From a virus (Duplodnaviria; Caudoviricetes), in IMG/VR virus record IMGVR_UViG_3300037419_002305, positions 1 through 41,043 of that record: a stretch of DNA of 41,043 nucleotides; one strand, given 5' to 3'. The position numbers and the translations under genes are program-made. Shown here in pieces: positions 35,586 through 41,043 of the stretch (its first letter is position 1; each line of letters starts with the position of its first letter). A model generated the notes under the pieces. It saw nothing but the letters and a program-made list of their open reading frames with translations. It was not told the origin of the DNA and searched no databases.

Positions 35586-37322
35586 ATGATCTTAGATAAC
35601 AACCAAATAAAACATATTATCCTTGATAACCCTGGCAAAGCCCTGGTCTCAAAAGGCGTAGCCTACAATAAGACTATGCGCCTGCACCTTTACGGCGATG
35701 GTCTGGACAGGGAAATGACCAAAATAGAAGGCTACGAGGCCGAGGACCTCCAAAAGCTAAGGGCCAGGTATGCCAAGAGCAATAAAGATTTGTTTGCCCG
35801 CCTAGGGCGACCCATAGACAAAGTTTTCTCTGCCCGTGGAGGGTCTACCTATTTTAATCTCCCCGACGCACAGGATAAGCAGGCCCGCGCCCTGAGCTTA
35901 AACGTTAGAAACGGCTTTTCCATCCGCAAGTGGGTGGAGATGTTTTGGAAGGCCCACCTGTTGGACGACCCCTTTGGGCTGGTGTTTTTGGAAATCCTGC
36001 CCGAAAGGGAAGCCCGGCTGGCAAGGCAGCAGGGGGGTAGCGCCGTCTACCCTACGTATAAATCGATTACCTCCGTTTACGACTACCTGCCCAAAGGCTC
36101 CGGGCTGGAATACGTGTGTTTTAAGGTCGAAAAAGACGAAAAGCTCCGGGCGGGCCTCGATGAAAAACGGCAAATCTTTCGCCTGGTAGACGACGCCCAG
36201 GATTACTTTGTGGAACTCAAAGGCGAAGAGGTTACGATCCTTTCAGACCATACCATCCCGAATTATTTTGGCGAAGTGCCCGCCCTGATTAACTCTGATA
36301 TCATCAGCCCCGAAGCAGAGGACCAGTTCCAATCCTTCTACCATGAAGTCATGGAACTAGCCAACCATTTCCTATTAAAAGGCTCCATCAAGATCACCCA
36401 TGAATTCCTCCACGGCTATCCCAAATATTGGGAATATGCCGACGGGTGTACGGACTGCGGGGGCACCAAGTATAAGGACGGGCACCTCTGCCCCTCCTGT
36501 AAGGGGACGGGTAAAAAGCTTATGCTGAAGGTCTCGGACGCCAAGCTCTTGGAATACCCCGACAAGGACACGCCCATCGTAGCCCCGGATGTAGCGGGGT
36601 ACGTGTCCCCGGATAAAACCTACTACGAGATCGCCACCAATGACCTGCAGCTCTTGGAAGAACTGATGAACGTCACGCTGTGGGGGGCGCAGACCAAAGT
36701 CCAAACGCAAGGCATGGCGACCAATCAAAGCGGGGATACCAAGACCGCCACCGAAGTAATGAACGATATCAAGCCACAGGCTGACCGGCTGAACCTCATC
36801 TCGGAAATGGCTGAAAAGCGGCACAAGTTCATCTTGGATGCCGTGGTCAAAATCAATTTGTCCCTTCCCTTCTACCCCGGCGCTTCGGTCAATTATGGAA
36901 GACGGTATATGATCGAAGGGCCGGATGAGATCTGGCTGAAGTATTCGGACGCACGAATTAAAGGGGCGGCCATCTCGGTACTGGATGACCTTTTGGTGGA
37001 ATACTATGAAGCGAAGTTTTTTTCCGATCCCATAAAATTAGCCATCCAGACCAAACTGATGAAGGTAGAACCCTTTGTGCATTTGACGGCCCAACAGGTG
37101 GACCTGCTTACCTCTGTCACGGCAGAAGACAAGGCAGCCAAAGTGTATTTCGGCGAATGGCTCTCAGGGGTCAACGAGGCGATGGTCTTAAGTATGTCAC
37201 CGGAACTATTGAGGGAGAACCTTATAGCCTATGCCACTCAGAAGGCGCAGGCGGTACAACAGGCCAATGATGACCGGATGGCAAAGGAGGCAGCACTTAA
37301 ACAACCTAAAATAGCAGCATGA
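35586..37322 (+). CDS. portal protein (putative) with Zn-finger insertion
   Basis: 578 aa directly after terL; KTATE motif; CTDCGGTK/CPSCKGTG insert. Confidence 0.75.
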   Translation: MILDNNQIKHIILDNPGKALVSKGVAYNKTMRLHLYGDGLDREMTKIEGYEAEDLQKLRARYAKSNKDLFARLGRPIDKVFSARGGSTYFNLPDAQDKQARALSLNVRNGFSIRKWVEMFWKAHLLDDPFGLVFLEILPEREARLARQQGGSAVYPTYKSITSVYDYLPKGSGLEYVCFKVEKDEKLRAGLDEKRQIFRLVDDAQDYFVELKGEEVTILSDHTIPNYFGEVPALINSDIISPEAEDQFQSFYHEVMELANHFLLKGSIKITHEFLHGYPKYWEYADGCTDCGGTKYKDGHLCPSCKGTGKKLMLKVSDAKLLEYPDKDTPIVAPDVAGYVSPDKTYYEIATNDLQLLEELMNVTLWGAQTKVQTQGMATNQSGDTKTATEVMNDIKPQADRLNLISEMAEKRHKFILDAVVKINLSLPFYPGASVNYGRRYMIEGPDEIWLKYSDARIKGAAISVLDDLLVEYYEAKFFSDPIKLAIQTKLMKVEPFVHLTAQQVDLLTSVTAEDKAAKVYFGEWLSGVNEAMVLSMSPELLRENLIAYATQKAQAVQQANDDRMAKEAALKQPKIAA

Positions 37323-37507
37323 TAATAGAAGCCCGGTGCAACGCAAACGATAACCCCAAACCCATAGCAGCGGTTTTTATCAGTAAGTACATGATAAGGA
37401 AGTATGGCGTGGATGAGGCTATTAAACGGTCTTTACAGAAGTGCCATAATGTGTATAAGATGAACCCTGATTTTTCAGTGGGCGGTAAACTAAAACCAAA
37501 AAAGTAA
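37319..37507 (+). CDS. hypothetical protein
   Basis: ATGA coupling to portal. Confidence 0.45.
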   Translation: MIIEARCNANDNPKPIAAVFISKYMIRKYGVDEAIKRSLQKCHNVYKMNPDFSVGGKLKPKK

Positions 37508-37751
37508 TGTTCCCTGTAATCCTCTTGTTTATCATCATCGGCCTTGTGCTAAGGATATATGAAGGAAGAAAAGCCCCATACTGACCCTGATGAGAAGATC
37601 GACGAGGCTTTAAAGAAGCTCTCCTATGAGAGTTTGCAGCTGTGGCTGGAACAGCAGAAGAAAAACCAGTCCAACCCCCTTAGAAGCGGCATGGACGAAA
37701 AAACAGAAGGCATACCCTAATCAAACCATTTTATAACATAAACAGTTATTA

Positions 37752-38057
37752 ATGAAAAAGAAAAGACAGATTGGATTTTTAGGAGCAACGGCCATTGCTG
37801 TGGCATCTACCTTAGGAGGGGCGCAACAAGTCAACGCTCTACCATCAACTGGAGCCAACGTTATACAACAGCAATCCAAAAAAGATGCTGTCCCTGTAGA
37901 GAAAAAGCAGGTAAGAGCGGAAAGCGAAAAGAACCGTTTTGGCGGTTTTTCAGGCAACCAGAACCCGTATAAACATATTCGCAAGGCGGGCAGAAACCAG
38001 CGCCAATTACGCAAGCATTTGCGGCAAAATCCGCATCAAAGAAGTAAGTATAATTAA
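37752..38057 (+). CDS. basic protein with N-terminal signal-like segment
   Basis: MKKKRQIGFLGATAIAVASTLGGA|QQ; Arg/Lys-rich C-terminus. Confidence 0.55.
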   Translation: MKKKRQIGFLGATAIAVASTLGGAQQVNALPSTGANVIQQQSKKDAVPVEKKQVRAESEKNRFGGFSGNQNPYKHIRKAGRNQRQLRKHLRQNPHQRSKYN

Positions 38058-38129
38058 CGCAGGGGCAGGGCTGCACTGCTTTTTAACTCAAGCAACAGCC
38101 TCCCTGTTTAACATATAACCAACTACAAT

Positions 38130-38321
38130 ATGTACAATCTCATCGCAGCAACAGAAGAACAAATCTTTCAAAGAAAGCAGTCATTAAAATACCAGAGACA
38201 GGAATTAGAGATGAAGCAACAGGCAATCCATAAGGAAGAACAAGAATTGTTTGCCCTTGAACAAGAACTGAAATTCTTACAAGAGAATCAAAGCAAACTG
38301 TATCAAAATAGTCACTCCTAA
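38130..38321 (+). CDS. small coiled-coil protein
   Basis: Q/E/K-rich heptads. Confidence 0.5.
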   Translation: MYNLIAATEEQIFQRKQSLKYQRQELEMKQQAIHKEEQELFALEQELKFLQENQSKLYQNSHS

Positions 38322-38349
38322 ATCGTAAACCAACTAAAACAAAATAAAC

Positions 38350-38640
38350 ATGGCAAAAGAAACAAAAAAAGCAATCGTCAGTGCAGCCTTAGAAGCAACT
38401 GAAACTGACAATCTGGAACAGCAAATCAATGAAGTTCCCGAAGTAGTAGAAGAAAACCCATTCGCAAAAAAGCACTACCAGGAATGGCGGGTAGAGATCA
38501 AAGACAAAAAAGCAGAAAAGCTAAAGGTGCTCCGCCCCCGTGTTCTAATCACCGATGAACAAGCCGCCATCTTAAACCAAGGCGTACTGGAAGGACCGCA
38601 AAACACCTACGCCTCCATGTATTATAAAGCTGAAAATTAA
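38350..38640 (+). CDS. hypothetical head-module protein
   Basis: A-rich start; precedes scaffold. Confidence 0.6.
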   Translation: MAKETKKAIVSAALEATETDNLEQQINEVPEVVEENPFAKKHYQEWRVEIKDKKAEKLKVLRPRVLITDEQAAILNQGVLEGPQNTYASMYYKAEN

Positions 38641-38643
38641 TTT

Positions 38644-39462
38644 ATGCTCAAACAAGAAACCATCCAGAAAATAGAGCAGTTGCTCAAAATCAAAGGACTC
38701 GCCGAAGCCATCCAATCAGAAGGCGAAGCCGACCTGTCCATCTCAGAAGACTTAACCGTCTACTCCGAAGAAGAAGTCAAAACCTTAAAATCCAACTCCT
38801 ACAAGGAAGGCAAAAGAGCCGGCGTGGAAATGGAGGTGGACGACCTGAAAAAAGAACTGGGACTGGACTTCCAGGGTAAGACGGTCAAAGGACTGGTAGA
38901 AGCCTCCCAAAAAAAGGCGCTCACGGACGCCAAAGTAGAACCGGAAAAGAAAGTGCAGGAGCTATCGGAAAAGATATCCACGCTGCAAAAAACCGTACAG
39001 GAGCAGGAAAAGGCCATCCAGGCAAAAGACCAGGAGGTCACCGGGGTAAAGATCAACGGGGAGCTGTATAAGCACATCCCGCAGTTTGGTGAGGGCGCCC
39101 CCGCCCTGGCAGCCGACGAGGTCATTACATTGATGAAAGCCAACGGCTATGAGTTTCGATTGGAAGAGGGTCGGCTGGTGCCCTATAAAAACGGCCAGCC
39201 GCTCCAGGACAAGACCGCCAACCCCCTCGAAGCTAAAGACGTGGTGACCGGCTTTTTGCAGGAAAAAAAATTAATCATCCCCGATGCCCCACCCGTAAGT
39301 GGTCGGGGTGGGGGCGACCGCAAGCCACCCGCGAGGGCTGGAAGGCTGTCGGAGCTGAAAAAGACCTTTTCCGAGCAGGGCAAGAGCCTACAAGGCGAAG
39401 AGTTTTATAAGGCCGTGGACCAAGCCTTAAAGGACAACCCGGAATTCGATATGAATTCGTAG
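38644..39462 (+). CDS. capsid scaffolding protein (putative)
   Basis: Coiled coil, SGRGGG linker and short C-terminal helix; upstream of capsid gene. Confidence 0.7.
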   Translation: MLKQETIQKIEQLLKIKGLAEAIQSEGEADLSISEDLTVYSEEEVKTLKSNSYKEGKRAGVEMEVDDLKKELGLDFQGKTVKGLVEASQKKALTDAKVEPEKKVQELSEKISTLQKTVQEQEKAIQAKDQEVTGVKINGELYKHIPQFGEGAPALAADEVITLMKANGYEFRLEEGRLVPYKNGQPLQDKTANPLEAKDVVTGFLQEKKLIIPDAPPVSGRGGGDRKPPARAGRLSELKKTFSEQGKSLQGEEFYKAVDQALKDNPEFDMNS

Positions 39463-39471
39463 TTATTAAAG

Positions 39472-39499
39472 GTTTAGTATAAAGTTTAGTATACTAAAC
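39472..39499. promoter_or_regulatory. operator-like repeat/palindrome
   Basis: gtttagtata twice in direct orientation; perfect 16-bp palindrome gtttagtatactaaac 39484-39499. Confidence 0.6.
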
Positions 39500-39550
39500 C
39501 TATTTTATTTGTAATCAAAATCGAATTTAGCGGTATTAAATCATAATACT

Positions 39551-39865
39551 ATGTTCGATATGACTACAGCACCTGCAATACCTCAAAATGGCTGGATTGT
39601 ACTACCGGCAGACCAAATATTTCAAATGATTGATACGATTATTACTAAACGATTATCTCAAAAGCATGAAGAGGATCTACAGAATAAAGAACTTTCAAAA
39701 AAAGAAACAGCAAAACTTCTAAAGGTTTCCGAAGCAACAATTGACAATTGGAGTGATGAAGGAATACTGACTAAGCACCACCGGGGAAGGATTTGTTATT
39801 TCATCTATTCTGAGGTTATACAATCAAAAACTGCTCTCAAAAAATACCAAAGAAGAAGTAGTTAG
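39551..39865 (+). CDS. excisionase-like HTH (HTH_17) protein
   Basis: LSKKETAKLLKVSEATIDNWSDEGIL....GR..YF..SEV. Confidence 0.85.
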   Translation: MFDMTTAPAIPQNGWIVLPADQIFQMIDTIITKRLSQKHEEDLQNKELSKKETAKLLKVSEATIDNWSDEGILTKHHRGRICYFIYSEVIQSKTALKKYQRRSS

Positions 39866-39889
39866 TAACAAATATCATCCGTATGCTTC

Positions 39890-39915
39890 GCCCCTTGTTT
39901 TTACAGGGGGCTTTT
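39890..39915 (+). terminator. intrinsic terminator
   Basis: gccccttgt-tttt-acagggggc then tttt. Confidence 0.7.
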
Positions 39916-40094
39916 CTATCCCCCAACTATACTTTTTTAAAGTACAGGCAACGAAACTTCTTTATAGTTTTACAATCATAGTTTGCCCAAGACACCGGGC
40001 AACAGAATTTAGACAGGAGGCAAGATAGCGCCTCACAGATATTTCCCTCAAGATGCTGAGGTCTTAACACTCTCTTTCAAAAGACCTTTTTACA

Positions 40095-41043
40095 ATGGCA
40101 AATTTTGACGTATCCAATCTGCTCACCGCCCAGCAGATCCTAAAAGATAAGTATGCCGGTGCGGAGCTTCGCATGAAGCCGATCACGGCCTTTGACCTGC
40201 TTACAAAAAACGATGAATTTATCGTAGGGGTGGAAACACTCAAAACCCGTGACGACCGCCCTACCGAACTACACTACATTACCCGTACCAAAAGAACGTC
40301 CGGCTCTGCCCGTGCCTATAACCACACCGGCACCATCGACGATACCGCCAAGGTAACGCCCACCTGGACGACCAAATCTGACAAGTTCGCCATCTCCCTA
40401 AAGCTGTTGGACAAATCCCTGTTTGACTTCAACCAGGTACTGGCTAACAAGTTTGCCCAGGCCTGCATGAACGTGCTGGAGGACAAGGAAACCGAAGCCC
40501 TGGCCTATTTGATGGCAGGACGGGCCACCCAGCAGCCGACCATTACCGGCATTGGTACGTTCAACGCTACGAACGACGCCGTGGAAATTTCAGCCGCCAA
40601 CGCGACTTCCTTTATTCAAAGGGTAGGGGCAGTGATGGCTAAAAACTATTTCTCTAAAAACGAGATTGACGTAGTGGTGGATTCCATCTTAAATATCGCC
40701 ATCGAACAGCAAATGGCCCAGGGCGCGGGTAACTCCACGAACAACGCCTTCAACCAATGGCAGGGTAAGACCATCGTGCATTCGGTGGAACTCACGGACA
40801 GTGACTACGCTAGCGGATGTGCCTTAGTATTCCCTAAAGGCCAGGTATCGGCTCTGAACTGGATTCCCAAGCAAAACCGTACCGGCTGGGGGGATTACAA
40901 CTCCTACGTAGGCGGTTATGGTACCTTCTCCTTTATGGGCTACCAGTTTGCCGTACACGGCTACGCCCAAAGGGCGGATACCTCTGCCTCTAACGGTGAT
41001 GTGCAGGACGTGCAAATGGAGTTTGAAGTTTCCCTGGATTCTT
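40095..41043 (+). CDS. major capsid protein (putative), truncated by window end, not in ORF track
   Basis: Frame MANFDVSNLLTAQQILKDKY... appears open to the window end; follows scaffold. Confidence 0.75.
   Translation, partial: MANFDVSNLLTAQQILKDKYAGAELRMKPITAFDLLTKNDEFIVGVETLKTRDDRPTELHYITRTKRTSGSARAYNHTGTIDDTAKVTPTWTTKSDKFAISLKLLDKSLFDFNQVLANKFAQACMNVLEDKETEALAYLMAGRATQQPTITGIGTFNATNDAVEISAANATSFIQRVGAVMAKNYFSKNEIDVVVDSILNIAIEQQMAQGAGNSTNNAFNQWQGKTIVHSVELTDSDYASGCALVFPKGQVSALNWIPKQNRTGWGDYNSYVGGYGTFSFMGYQFAVHGYAQRADTSASNGDVQDVQMEFEVSLDS

Overview
The window is most of a temperate tailed-phage genome. The host is probably Bacteroidota, inferred from TTTG-N19/20-TAnnTTTG promoters, A-rich translation starts without Shine-Dalgarno motifs, and signal peptides ending before Gln. 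Gene order is: tail/fibre module (1-7054), split lysis module (7153-9499), small accessory genes, an apparently intact attP plus tyrosine integrase (11919-13401), cI/cro-like switch, early and recombination genes (Bet-like, NinB-like, YopX), SNF2-methyltransferase fusion, replication initiator and primase-helicase, more small accessory genes, terminase, portal, scaffold and the start of the major capsid gene. Nearly all genes are on the + strand. The most unusual feature is a family of 12 dispersed 65-73 bp repeats with core GWGYGACRCAAS. They fall into left-end and right-end subtypes, and four inverted pairs bracket small cargo genes, suggesting a non-autonomous gene-cassette system. Also notable: three consecutive tail-module proteins with Sec-type signal peptides (one a clan GH-A glycoside hydrolase), a structured non-coding block, a degenerate tRNA-like cloverleaf, two similarly built switchable RNA leaders, and three AAGA-loop hairpins before the capsid gene. 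All calls come from reading motifs by eye; no searches were run.
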